From Blastocatellia bacterium (GTDB taxonomy: Bacteria; Acidobacteriota; Blastocatellia; UBA7656), in the NCBI GenBank assembly GCA_035649735.1, contig DASRIZ010000305.1:14998-78997 (forward strand): a stretch of DNA of 64,000 bases, in the 5' to 3' direction. Below, piece by piece: positions 38,045 to 46,679 of the stretch (its first letter is position 1; each line of letters opens with the position of its first letter). Under the pieces are notes generated by a model, which did no database searches, had not been told where the DNA came from, and saw only the letters and a program-made list of their open reading frames with translations. Position numbers and translations under genes: made by a program.

Positions 38045-39325
38045 ATGAAAAGAGTTCTCGCTTGCGCGGCTAATCTGCTTATTGTCATCTGCCTCGTAGT
38101 AACTGCGAGCGCTCAAAGCAAGCTGACCGCCGGCGTAGCCAAGTCAGACATAACGCCGCCGCTAGGAACTCCGCTCGCGGGATACGGAGCACGTCGCGCT
38201 CAACCGTCCACCGGCGTGCACGACCCCACCGAGGCGCGAGCTTTGATCATCGACAACGGCAGCGAAAAAATTGCTTTCGTCAGCGTCGATCATCTCGGCT
38301 TCGATCACGGAATGGTTGAACGAATAAGAGGGATCGCATCCGAAGCTACGCAGATTCGTCCCGATCATATCTTTGTGATGTCGTCGCACACCCACTCGGG
38401 TGGCGGGTCGTTCATGGAAATGTTGCCGCTCCTCGCGAACGCGCTTGCGGGGAAGTTCGATCCAAAGACCCGCGCGTTCTACGAGCAACGTACCGCGGAA
38501 GCCATCATCGCCGCGAACAAAACCCTTAAACCCGCTCGAATCGCAATCGGAGCCGGGGAAGCTCGAGGGATATCGCGCTTCCGGTCGAGCTGGCCACCCG
38601 ATGGTCCGGTCGATCCCGAGGTCGGGTTGATTCGAGTTGACTCGGTAGCGACTGGTAAACCGATGGCCGTGTTGATGAACTTTGCCGCGCACCCAACAGT
38701 ATTGGGGGCCGACAACATGACCTTCTCAGCCGATTTCGTCGGCTTTGCCCGAAACGCGCTCGAGCGGATGATCGGGGGCGATGTGATGGCGATCTTCGCC
38801 AACGGCGCACAGGGCACCATCGCGCCTCGCGCACTTCAAGGCGATGATCCCTGGCAGCGGGCGGAAAACGTCGGGACGATCCTCGCCGCCGAAGCCTTCA
38901 AGATCTCGTTGATGATCAAGGCTCAAGACTCGGTCGAACTAAAGTTGGTTCGCACACCGCTCACGCTAAAGCTCGTGCCTACGTCCGTCTTTGCGGCTGG
39001 AATGACTTATCCGCCAAGTTATGAGTCGGAGATCGGCGCCCTCTCGTTCGACAACCGCATCGCGTTTGTTGCGATACCTGGTGAGCTTGGCAGCATTCTG
39101 AATTTTCAGGTCAAGGAACGCGGTAAACTGCTCGGGTTCGAAAAGACCTTTCTGCTGGGCCTCACCAATGATGCGCTCGGTTACATCATCACCGAGGACG
39201 AGTATCGTCACAAGACATACGAGTCTACGATTTCACTTTTCGGATCGGCGTTTGGGAGCCTCATAGCCAATGAATCATTCCAGCTTCTCGAGAAGCTGCG
39301 GCCGGTTGAGAAGAAAAAGCCTTAG
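38045..39325 (+). CDS. Neutral/alkaline ceramidase-like N-terminal domain protein, secreted
   Basis: ORF trimmed to the ATG at 38045 (AGGAG at 38031-38035). Signal peptide, DITPPLGTPLAGYG and SSHTHSGGG motifs. Confidence 0.75.
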   Translation: MKRVLACAANLLIVICLVVTASAQSKLTAGVAKSDITPPLGTPLAGYGARRAQPSTGVHDPTEARALIIDNGSEKIAFVSVDHLGFDHGMVERIRGIASEATQIRPDHIFVMSSHTHSGGGSFMEMLPLLANALAGKFDPKTRAFYEQRTAEAIIAANKTLKPARIAIGAGEARGISRFRSSWPPDGPVDPEVGLIRVDSVATGKPMAVLMNFAAHPTVLGADNMTFSADFVGFARNALERMIGGDVMAIFANGAQGTIAPRALQGDDPWQRAENVGTILAAEAFKISLMIKAQDSVELKLVRTPLTLKLVPTSVFAAGMTYPPSYESEIGALSFDNRIAFVAIPGELGSILNFQVKERGKLLGFEKTFLLGLTNDALGYIITEDEYRHKTYESTISLFGSAFGSLIANESFQLLEKLRPVEKKKP

Positions 39326-39342
39326 CTTCGCGAGGATGAGTT

Positions 39343-39452
39343 TTCTTTGCGTCTTTGCGGTCCTTGGCGTCTTTGCGCCGAACTCTGACCTTTCAAATGC
39401 TACGAAATGGAAGGGGCGGGTTCAGCGCAAGGACCGCGAAGACGCAAAGAAG
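39343..39452. repeat. CTTTGCG-family hairpin, copy 1
   Basis: Arms TTCTTTGCGTCTTTGCGGTCCTTGGCGTCTTTGCGC (39343-39378) and GCGCAAGGACCGCGAAGACGCAAAGAAG (39425-39452). Related to the copies at 43131 and 46548. Confidence 0.85.
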
Positions 39453-39535
39453 TAGCAGTATCTTATGTCGAACTTTCGAATTCGCCCGTTCGTAACCTAG
39501 AGCGACATCTGCAAGAAGAAAAAGGAGACCCCAAC

Positions 39536-39712
39536 ATGTTTAGTACCTTAATAGGCCTCGCAGTCATAATTTTGGACATATTCGCCCTCACGGACGTGGT
39601 GAATTCGAGTCGCGATACGACCACAAAGGTTGTGTTGATGATCCTGATACTGTTGTTCCCGTTTATCGGAGCCGGCCTCTACCTTCTGGTCTTCCGCCAA
39701 AAAGGCTACTAG
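39536..39712 (+). CDS. Small membrane protein, PLD-nuclease N-terminal (PLDc_N)-like
   Basis: ORF 39407..39712 trimmed to the ATG at 39536 (AAAGGAG RBS). Two TM helices with the LLFPFIGAGLYLL pattern. Confidence 0.65.
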   Translation: MFSTLIGLAVIILDIFALTDVVNSSRDTTTKVVLMILILLFPFIGAGLYLLVFRQKGY

Positions 39713-39867
39713 ATACTCGTCGCTTCGGATGATCGCTTCTTTCGCGAGGCGGCGAGTCACCAAAAGCGTTTTTGGACTTCCGCTAGATCCGCTGCTTCGC
39801 GTCGTCGACAATCCTCTACCGTATCTTCCTTTAAGAATCCGACTGCTGAGTGCGAAAAGCCCCAACA

Positions 39868-39887
39868 CCCCCAACTTCAGTTGGGGG
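39868..39887. repeat. 20-nt perfect palindrome CCCCCAACTTCAGTTGGGGG
   Basis: Same stem as 1417-1436, with the loop in the opposite orientation. A degenerate copy, CCCCCAACTGAAGCTGGG, lies at 40109-40126. Confidence 0.8.
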
Positions 39888-39938
39888 TCTGGAGTTTGGA
39901 CATTTCGCGCTCGCCAATTTCAGCAAGACAACAAAGGA

Positions 39939-40108
39939 TAACCGCGTAGCGGTGTCCTCTCGGTAGCTTGCGCGGAGTGGGCGACACCCTGGGCCGCGTA
40001 GCGGTTACCTATTTTGACTAGAAATCGATTTTGACGCCCAGAGGTAACCGCTATGCGGCCCAGGGTGTCGCCCACTCCACGCAAGCTACCGAGAGGACAC
40101 CGCGGTTA
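39939..40108. repeat. Near-perfect long inverted repeat (about 66-70-nt arms, 33-nt loop), MITE-like foldback
   Basis: Left arm 39939-40009 and right arm 40043-40108 are reverse complements with only a few mismatches. Each arm begins and ends with an ACCGCGTAGCGGT-like mini-palindrome. Confidence 0.85.
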
Positions 40109-40231
40109 CCCCCAACTGAAGCTGGGACTGTTACTGGAGTCTTCGCACAGTATCGTAAGAGGTGGGTACGGGAAAACCTGGAGCGCATCAATCAACCGGG
40201 CCGTTTGACCATTAATAAACTTTCGTGCTAC

Positions 40232-40265
40232 TTTATGCATCGTATTCGCATACTATGCGCATAGT
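40232..40265 (+). promoter_or_regulatory. Candidate ArgR operator / arg promoter region
   Basis: TTTATGCATCGTATTCGCATACTATGCGCATAGT contains TATGCA/TGCATA-type half sites and the 10-bp palindrome TATGCGCATA, ending 10 nt before the argR start. A TTGACC -35-like hexamer lies at 40205-40210. Confidence 0.3.
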
Positions 40266-40275
40266 AAGGGGAAAG

Positions 40276-40770
40276 ATGCATAGAAGTGAAATGAACGGAC
40301 GGCATCGGGTGATCCTCGAGATCATAAGCACGAAGCCGGTAGCGACCCAGCAGGAACTGGCGGCGCAACTTTCTCGCCGGGGATTCCCCGCGACTCAGTC
40401 AAGCGTCTCCCGCGATATCGTCAGGCTCGGGCTCACAAAGCTGGACGGCCTCTATGTTGCCCCCGAAGACGCTGTTAATGTTGGCGGACCGGTCACCGAG
40501 ATCGACACCGCCGGCGATAATCTAATCGTGGTAAAGACTGAAGTCGGTCTGGCTCAACCGGCCGCTTTGACCATCGACCGCGCCAGTATAGACGAGATAG
40601 TAGGCACCGTGGCAGGCGATGACACGATTCTCATTGGCGTAAAAAACGCCGCAGCGCAGCGGCTTGCCATTAAAAAGATCGTCAAGCTGTTCACGACTTC
40701 GCAAACCAGGGCTCGCGGCGCCGGCAAACGCCCATCAGGCACACGCGCCCGCTTGTTATGGTCTGAATAA
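40276..40770 (+). CDS. argR: Arginine repressor ArgR
   Basis: ORF trimmed to the ATG at 40276. Winged-helix TQQELAAQLSRRGFPATQSSVSRDI and the C-terminal oligomerisation motif GTVAGDDTILI. Confidence 0.88.
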   Translation: MHRSEMNGRHRVILEIISTKPVATQQELAAQLSRRGFPATQSSVSRDIVRLGLTKLDGLYVAPEDAVNVGGPVTEIDTAGDNLIVVKTEVGLAQPAALTIDRASIDEIVGTVAGDDTILIGVKNAAAQRLAIKKIVKLFTTSQTRARGAGKRPSGTRARLLWSE

Positions 40771-40787
40771 ATATGGAGAACTCATAG

Positions 40788-42011
40788 ATGCAAACCGGAA
40801 CGGAAACAATAGACAAGGTGGTGCTCGCTTACTCGGGCGGGCTGGACACGTCGGTAATCCTTCGATGGCTCAAAGAGACTTATGGCTGCGAAGTTATTTG
40901 TTTTGCCGCTGATGTTGGGCAAGCCGAGGAACTGGGTGGGCTCGAAGAAAAGGCCTTCGCCACCGGCGCATCAAAGCTGTATGTGGAAGACTTGCGTGAG
41001 GAGTTTGTACGCGATTTTGTGTTCACTGCGCTCAAGGCGAATGCTGTTTACGAAGGCGTATATCTGCTCGGAACCTCGCTCGCTCGCCCGCTCATCGCCA
41101 AGAAGCAAATCGAGATAGCCCATAAGGAGGGAGCTCGGGCCGTTTCTCACGGAGCGACGGGAAAAGGAAACGATCAAGTTCGCTTCGAACTGACTTATTA
41201 CGCTCTCGATCCGCACATTCGAGTGATCGCACCGTGGCGCGAGTGGCCGTTCAAATCGCGCACCGATCTAATCGCCTATGCGCAGGAACACAAGATCCCT
41301 ATCACCGCGACAAAAGAGAAGCCGTATTCGATGGACCGCAATCTGATGCACATAAGCTATGAAGGTGGAATCCTGGAAGACCCCTGGGCCGAGCCGCCGG
41401 CTTCGATATTCATACTGACTCGATCCCCCGAGGACGCGCCGGATAAACCGGCTTACGTCGAAATCGGTTTCGAATCCGGCGTTCCCGTGGCGGTCGACGG
41501 CGAGAGTTTATCGCCTGCGTCTCTTCTCGATCGATTGAATCGATTGGGAGGCGAGCACGGTATCGGTCGAGTCGATCTGGTTGAGAATAGATTCGTTGGG
41601 ATGAAGTCGCGGGGCGTATACGAAACGCCCGGGCTGACGATTCTTCAAGCCGCGCATCGAGCTGTCGAGTCGCTTACGCTCGATCGTGAAGTTTCACACT
41701 TGAAGGACTCGCTCAATGCCCGCGTGTCGGAGATGATTTACTACGGCTTCTGGTACACGCCGGAGTTTGAAGTCATTCGCGCAATGATAGATGAAAGCCA
41801 GAAGAACGTAACCGGGACAGCCCGACTTAAGCTGTACAAAGGCAATTGCATTGTCGTAGGGCGACGGTCGCCCTGTTCGCTCTACTCGGAGGAATTTGCG
41901 ACTTTCGAGCGCGACACTGTCTATAACCAACGCGATGCCGAAGGCTTTATCAAGCTGAATGCGTTGCGCTTGCGCATGCGAAAGATGGCGCAAGAAAAGA
42001 GAGAAAGCTAG
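40788..42011 (+). CDS. argG: Argininosuccinate synthase
   Basis: [12 protein letters not shown]-binding motif, [13 protein letters not shown], and conservation along the full length. Confidence 0.95.
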   Translation: MQTGTETIDKVVLAYSGGLDTSVILRWLKETYGCEVICFAADVGQAEELGGLEEKAFATGASKLYVEDLREEFVRDFVFTALKANAVYEGVYLLGTSLARPLIAKKQIEIAHKEGARAVSHGATGKGNDQVRFELTYYALDPHIRVIAPWREWPFKSRTDLIAYAQEHKIPITATKEKPYSMDRNLMHISYEGGILEDPWAEPPASIFILTRSPEDAPDKPAYVEIGFESGVPVAVDGESLSPASLLDRLNRLGGEHGIGRVDLVENRFVGMKSRGVYETPGLTILQAAHRAVESLTLDREVSHLKDSLNARVSEMIYYGFWYTPEFEVIRAMIDESQKNVTGTARLKLYKGNCIVVGRRSPCSLYSEEFATFERDTVYNQRDAEGFIKLNALRLRMRKMAQEKRES

Positions 42012-42026
42012 ATAGGAGAATCAGAC

Positions 42027-43130
42027 TTGAGCACATACAGTACCCGAACGAAGCAGAGTGCCATTTCCGGCGACGGAATGATCGTCGATTCAGAGGTCCG
42101 GCTGGTGCGTGTGGATAAGATCGCATCGGCAACAGTGAATCTGGGTCTGAGTCACGATATAGAGATAACGACGCGATGTGAAGCTCGAGCCGGCAACGTC
42201 GTCGTCGTTCGCGCGCTTACCGACAACGCGACTTACAACACGCTGGAGCTGGGCACCGGCAGAATGGCGAAGATCAATCCGGGCGACATCATAGCCGGGG
42301 TGCTCGGATATCGGCGCGCGCTAAAGGGGTTCGTTGGCGACGTGCCCGAAAGCATCGAAGCGGGCGATCGTCTGCATTTGCTAAACCTCGGCGGATTGGT
42401 TGGACGGTGCGTGGGTCACCATCACAGCTTGAGCAACGCGATTGAAGTCGAAGTGATCGGCATGCCGGTGAGCGACGGCCGAATCCTTAATATCGCTGAA
42501 GGCGCAGTTGCGCCGCGCGAGACTCTGGAATGCCGGGTTCCTCTTGTGCTGGTTGCGGGCACCTGTATGAACTCGGGCAAGACATACGCGGCGACAGAGA
42601 TCATCAAACACCTGACTCGGGAAGGCCGCCGGGTTGCAGCCGCTAAGCTCGCCGGGGTCGCTTGCCTGCGTGACACGCTGAATATGGAAGATCACGGGGC
42701 AATCGAAACCATGAGCTTTTTGGACTGCGGGCTTCCGTCTACTGTCGGTCTTGAGGATCTCGCGCCCATGGCAAAGGGTGTTATTTCCAAGCTGGCTGAG
42801 AACAGTCCCGACTGCATTGTGATTGAGCTTGGCGATGGCATTCTGGGCGGCTACGGCGTTGAAACGATCTTCAACGATAAGGAGCTGATGAACGCGACGG
42901 CGGCGCTTGTCTTTTGCGCGGGCGATTTTGTGGGAGCTTGGGGAGGGCGCCAGTTGTTAGCGGAGCACGGCGTGAAGATCGACGTGATTTCGGGTCCAGT
43001 GGCGGACTCGCAGATGGGCACGGATTATGTAAAGCGGGAGCTTGGCCTCGACGCCGCAAACGCAGTGAACGGCGCCGAGCAGCTCGCGGGGTTGATCAGG
43101 ACCAAACTGGCAGAGTGGGCTGAAAAGTAG
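42027..43130 (+). CDS. Uncharacterised P-loop protein inside the arg operon
   Basis: TTG start 8 nt after AGGAG and 15 nt after the argG stop. Walker A GTCMNSGKT encoded at 42558-42584. The roughly 170-aa N-terminal domain has no motif I recognise. The C-domain has a dethiobiotin-synthase / DUF1611-like feel, at motif level only. Confidence 0.8.
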   Translation: MSTYSTRTKQSAISGDGMIVDSEVRLVRVDKIASATVNLGLSHDIEITTRCEARAGNVVVVRALTDNATYNTLELGTGRMAKINPGDIIAGVLGYRRALKGFVGDVPESIEAGDRLHLLNLGGLVGRCVGHHHSLSNAIEVEVIGMPVSDGRILNIAEGAVAPRETLECRVPLVLVAGTCMNSGKTYAATEIIKHLTREGRRVAAAKLAGVACLRDTLNMEDHGAIETMSFLDCGLPSTVGLEDLAPMAKGVISKLAENSPDCIVIELGDGILGGYGVETIFNDKELMNATAALVFCAGDFVGAWGGRQLLAEHGVKIDVISGPVADSQMGTDYVKRELGLDAANAVNGAEQLAGLIRTKLAEWAEK

Positions 43131-43228
43131 TCTTCTTTGGTCTTGGCGGTCCTTTGCGTCTTTGCGCTAGGCGGTTCATTCGAATGGCTTGTCTCGCGCA
43201 AAGACGCAAAGGACGCCAAGACGCAAAG
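43131..43228. repeat. CTTTGCG-family hairpin, copy 2
   Basis: Arms TCTTCTTTGGTCTTGGCGGTCCTTTGCGTCTTTGCGC (43131-43167) and GCGCAAAGACGCAAAGGACGCCAAGACGCAAAG (43196-43228). Starts at the base after the stop of gene X. Confidence 0.9.
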
Positions 43229-43250
43229 TTATCAAGAAGGTAATAAGACA

Positions 43251-44282
43251 TTGATTAAGGTAGCTATACTCGGAGGATCTGGTTACGGCGGCAGTGAACT
43301 GCTTCGCATTCTGCTGTTTCATCCCGAGGTCGAATTGGCCCTGGTTACCGCAAATGAACACGCCGGCAAACGTGTCGACGCCGTTCATCCAAACCTTGCA
43401 AAACTCACCGACCTCTCGTTCGAGACAGCGCCCGACGCGCGCACTCTCGAAGGGTTCGATTGTGTTTTTCTGGCGTTGCCCCACGGACAGGCGATGGAGA
43501 TCGTCCCTTCCCTTCCCCGGTCCGTGAAGGCGATCGATCTCTCCGGCGATTTTCGGCTGAGCGATGCGGCCGCCTTCAGGAAGTTCTATGGACGCGAACA
43601 AACTGCGATCGATGCGCAGCGCGAATTCGTTTACGGGTTGACCGAGGTGAATCGCAAACAAGTGAGCGAGGCAACGCGCATCGCGAATCCGGGGTGCTTT
43701 GCGACCGCGCTTGAGTTGGGTCTGTTTCCGCTGGTTGCGTCGGGCCTGGTCGCCGGCAAGGTTATCGCCGACATGAAAACCGGTTCGTCGGGCTCAGGCG
43801 CCAAGGCTGCGGCTAACACACACCACCCGAAGCGCGCGAACAGCTTTTACGCATACAAGACGTTCGAGCATCAGCACCAGCCGGAAGTTGAGCAGCTACT
43901 CGCGACGGTGAGCCCAAAGTGGTCATCCGACTGCAAACTCGTGTTTCAGGTTCACTCGATTCCGGTTGTACGCGGCATATTCGCGTCGATCTATGTGACG
44001 CCGGCGCAGCCGGTGACCCGCGAAGAACTTGGGCGTCTGTTTCAAGAATTCTACGGCGGCGAATTCTTTATTCGTTTAGTTGATGGTTCGCCTGACATAA
44101 ACTGGGTAAAGAACACAAACTTCGTTGACATAGGTTGGGCGGCGAGCGGCGACACGGCAATTGTATTCGTGGCGCTCGATAACCTGGTGAAGGGCGCTGC
44201 CGGCCAGGCTGTGCAGAATATGAATCTGATGTTTGGTATCGACGAGCGCGAAGGACTAGTGTTGCCGGGTAGCAATCCCTAG
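43251..44282 (+). CDS. argC: N-acetyl-gamma-glutamyl-phosphate reductase
   Basis: ORF 43137..44282 trimmed to the TTG at 43251, because the earlier part translates the hairpin. ILGGSGYGGSELLRIL, and the catalytic Cys in NPGCFAT. Confidence 0.9.
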   Translation: MIKVAILGGSGYGGSELLRILLFHPEVELALVTANEHAGKRVDAVHPNLAKLTDLSFETAPDARTLEGFDCVFLALPHGQAMEIVPSLPRSVKAIDLSGDFRLSDAAAFRKFYGREQTAIDAQREFVYGLTEVNRKQVSEATRIANPGCFATALELGLFPLVASGLVAGKVIADMKTGSSGSGAKAAANTHHPKRANSFYAYKTFEHQHQPEVEQLLATVSPKWSSDCKLVFQVHSIPVVRGIFASIYVTPAQPVTREELGRLFQEFYGGEFFIRLVDGSPDINWVKNTNFVDIGWAASGDTAIVFVALDNLVKGAAGQAVQNMNLMFGIDEREGLVLPGSNP

Positions 44283-44340
44283 CAACAGCAGCGTCTCTCG
44301 GCTATTGTCGCTTGCGGAATAAACCAGAGGGAGAACGTAA

Positions 44341-45522
44341 TTGAGCACACAAACACAAAAGGAAAACCTGATCGAGATCGAAGAGCAATACCAGGTCGCG
44401 ACTTATAAGAAGTTTCCTTTCGTCATCGAGCGCGGTGAAGACGTCTGGGTCTATACCACTGACGGCGAGCGGTATCTTGATCTTTATGGCGGGCACGCGG
44501 TTGTCTCGACCGGACACTCGCACGCGCGCATCGTAAAAGCCATCGCTGATCAGGCTCAACGTCTTATCTTCTACTCGAATCTTGTGTACAACGACGCGCG
44601 CGCGCGCGCCGCCAAGAAGCTGGTCGAAGCAGCACCCGATCCTCTTACAAAAGCGTTCTTCGTCAACTCGGGGACGGAAGCAAATGAGAGCGCGATGAAG
44701 ATCGCGCGGATGCTCACTGAGCGAACCAGAATCATCTCTTTCGAAGGCGCGTTTCACGGCCGCACCCCGGGCTCCGTTTCGGCAACAGGTCTGACGAAGT
44801 ACCGCGAGAACGTCTCGCCGCTGCTCGAAGGTCACGTGTATGCAGAGTTTGGGAGCGTATCATCGGTCGAGAGCCTGCTGGATGACCAGACCGCGGCCGT
44901 AATACTCGAACCTATTCAGTCTATGGGCGGCGTGAGAATGGCTGAGCCCGGGTTCTATCTGGCCCTTCGCGAAATGTGCGATCAAGCCGGGGCGATGTTG
45001 ATCTACGACGAAGTGCAAACCGGTATGGGGCGGACGGGCAATTTCTTTTTCGCGGGCCGGCATGGCGTTGTGCCCGATCTGATAACGCTGGCAAAGGGCA
45101 TCGCCAGCGGTGTTCCGATGGGTGCGGTGTTGATGACCGACGCGATTGCGGGTGAGATAAAAGTTGGCGATCTGGGAACGACGTTCGGCGGCGGGCCCCT
45201 TGCTTGTGCCGCGCTCGAAGCAACCATCGATGTAATGCGCGATGAGGAACTGCTCGAGAACGTCCGGGAGAATTCCGAGTATCTGTTTGTTGAGCTGAGA
45301 AAGATGCTGCTGATCGAAGAAGTTCTCGGCCTCGGGTTTTTGATCGGGATAAGGTTTCCAGGCGGAACTGCAAAGGTTGTTCAGCAGGCACTGCTGGAGA
45401 AAAAGATCATAACCGGGCTATCGGAGAATCCGAGTGTGTTGAGGTTGCTGCCGCCGCTCACACTCAAGCGCGCGGAGATTGATTTGTTTTTGGATGAACT
45501 GAGCACGATTGCGCTTGGATAA
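44341..45522 (+). CDS. argD: Acetylornithine (acyl-ornithine) aminotransferase
   Basis: Class III PLP aminotransferase: NSGTEANE, DEVQTGMGRTG and TLAKGIASG (PLP lysine). Confidence 0.9.
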   Translation: MSTQTQKENLIEIEEQYQVATYKKFPFVIERGEDVWVYTTDGERYLDLYGGHAVVSTGHSHARIVKAIADQAQRLIFYSNLVYNDARARAAKKLVEAAPDPLTKAFFVNSGTEANESAMKIARMLTERTRIISFEGAFHGRTPGSVSATGLTKYRENVSPLLEGHVYAEFGSVSSVESLLDDQTAAVILEPIQSMGGVRMAEPGFYLALREMCDQAGAMLIYDEVQTGMGRTGNFFFAGRHGVVPDLITLAKGIASGVPMGAVLMTDAIAGEIKVGDLGTTFGGGPLACAALEATIDVMRDEELLENVRENSEYLFVELRKMLLIEEVLGLGFLIGIRFPGGTAKVVQQALLEKKIITGLSENPSVLRLLPPLTLKRAEIDLFLDELSTIALG

Positions 45523-45528
45523 TGCAAG

Positions 45529-46539
45529 TTGATGAATTTAAGAGGAAAAGATTTTCTCAGCACCGCGGACTTCACGCTCGAGGAACTGATCTCTCTGATT
45601 GACCTCGCAGCGAAGATCAAGGTCGGCGACTATCGCGAGCGCCCGCTTCAGAGTAGGAGCGTCGCGCTTGTGTTTTTCAACCCGTCGCTGCGCACCCGGG
45701 CCTCGATGGAGATTGCCATCTACGAACTCGGAGGGAACGCGGTGACCCTCGATGTCGGTAAGGGCACCTGGAGTCTCGAGCATCGAGAAGGTGTCGTTAT
45801 GGACGCGGATAAGACCGAGCACATCAAAGAAGCGGCGCGAGTATTATCACGTTACGTCGCCGCAATCGGCGTGCGCGCGTTCCCTGAGATGAAGGATTTT
45901 GAAAATGAGATGACTGATCCGGTTGTCCGAGGTTTCGCCGAGTACAGCGATGTGCCGGTGTTCAATCTCGAGTCGTCGCGGCATCACCCATTTCAAGCAC
46001 TCGCCGACGCGATGACCATTCGTGAGAAGCTCGGCGGATTCTCAGGTCAACGAGTGGTGCTCTCCTGGGCTTATCATCCAAAGCCGTTGCCGATGGCCGT
46101 GCCGAATTCATTTGCTCTGATCGCGGCGCAGTGCGGTCTCGATCTGACGATCGCCTGTCCGCCGGAGTACGACCTCGGCGCGGATGCAATGGCTGAGATC
46201 GAGGCGGGTGCGAAATCAAGCGGCGGCCGGGTGACACTCTCGCGAGACGCCCGCAAAGCTTGCGAAGGGGCGCGGATTGTCTACGCAAAGAGCTGGGGAA
46301 GCAAGGAGTTTTACGGCCGCGGTCAGGAAGACATAGAGCTTAGAAAGCAATATAAGCACTGGTGTATAGATGAAAGCGTGATGGCGTCGACGGACAACGG
46401 TTGGTTCATGCATTGTCTTCCGGTGCGCCGAAACGTGGTGGTTACTGACGGCGTTCTGGATGGAGCGCAAAATGCGGCAATCGACGAAGCCGAAAATCGG
46501 CTTCACGTTCAAAAGGCAGTGCTCGCGTCGATCCTGTAG
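45529..46539 (+). CDS. argF: N-acyl-L-ornithine carbamoyltransferase (argF'-type, acetyl- or succinyl-ornithine)
   Basis: Carbamoyl-phosphate motif is SLRTR instead of the STRTR of OTCase. HCLP is present. The canonical ornithine-binding DxxxSMG is replaced by YAKSWGS. Confidence 0.8.
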   Translation: MMNLRGKDFLSTADFTLEELISLIDLAAKIKVGDYRERPLQSRSVALVFFNPSLRTRASMEIAIYELGGNAVTLDVGKGTWSLEHREGVVMDADKTEHIKEAARVLSRYVAAIGVRAFPEMKDFENEMTDPVVRGFAEYSDVPVFNLESSRHHPFQALADAMTIREKLGGFSGQRVVLSWAYHPKPLPMAVPNSFALIAAQCGLDLTIACPPEYDLGADAMAEIEAGAKSSGGRVTLSRDARKACEGARIVYAKSWGSKEFYGRGQEDIELRKQYKHWCIDESVMASTDNGWFMHCLPVRRNVVVTDGVLDGAQNAAIDEAENRLHVQKAVLASIL

Positions 46540-46547
46540 GGGTGAGT

Positions 46548-46656
46548 GTCTTTCTTCTTTGCGCCTAAGCGGTCCTTTGCGTCTTTGCGCTAACGTAACT
46601 TTCCAATTGCTTATTTAGCGCAAAGACGCAAAGGACCGCTAAGACGCAAAGAAGAC
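46548..46656. repeat. CTTTGCG-family hairpin, copy 3
   Basis: Arms GTCTTTCTTCTTTGCGCCTAAGCGGTCCTTTGCGTCTTTGCGC (46548-46590) and GCGCAAAGACGCAAAGGACCGCTAAGACGCAAAGAAGAC (46618-46656). Lies between argF' and argB. Confidence 0.9.
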
Positions 46657-46679
46657 AAAAGAGAGTTTAGGAGTGTCCA

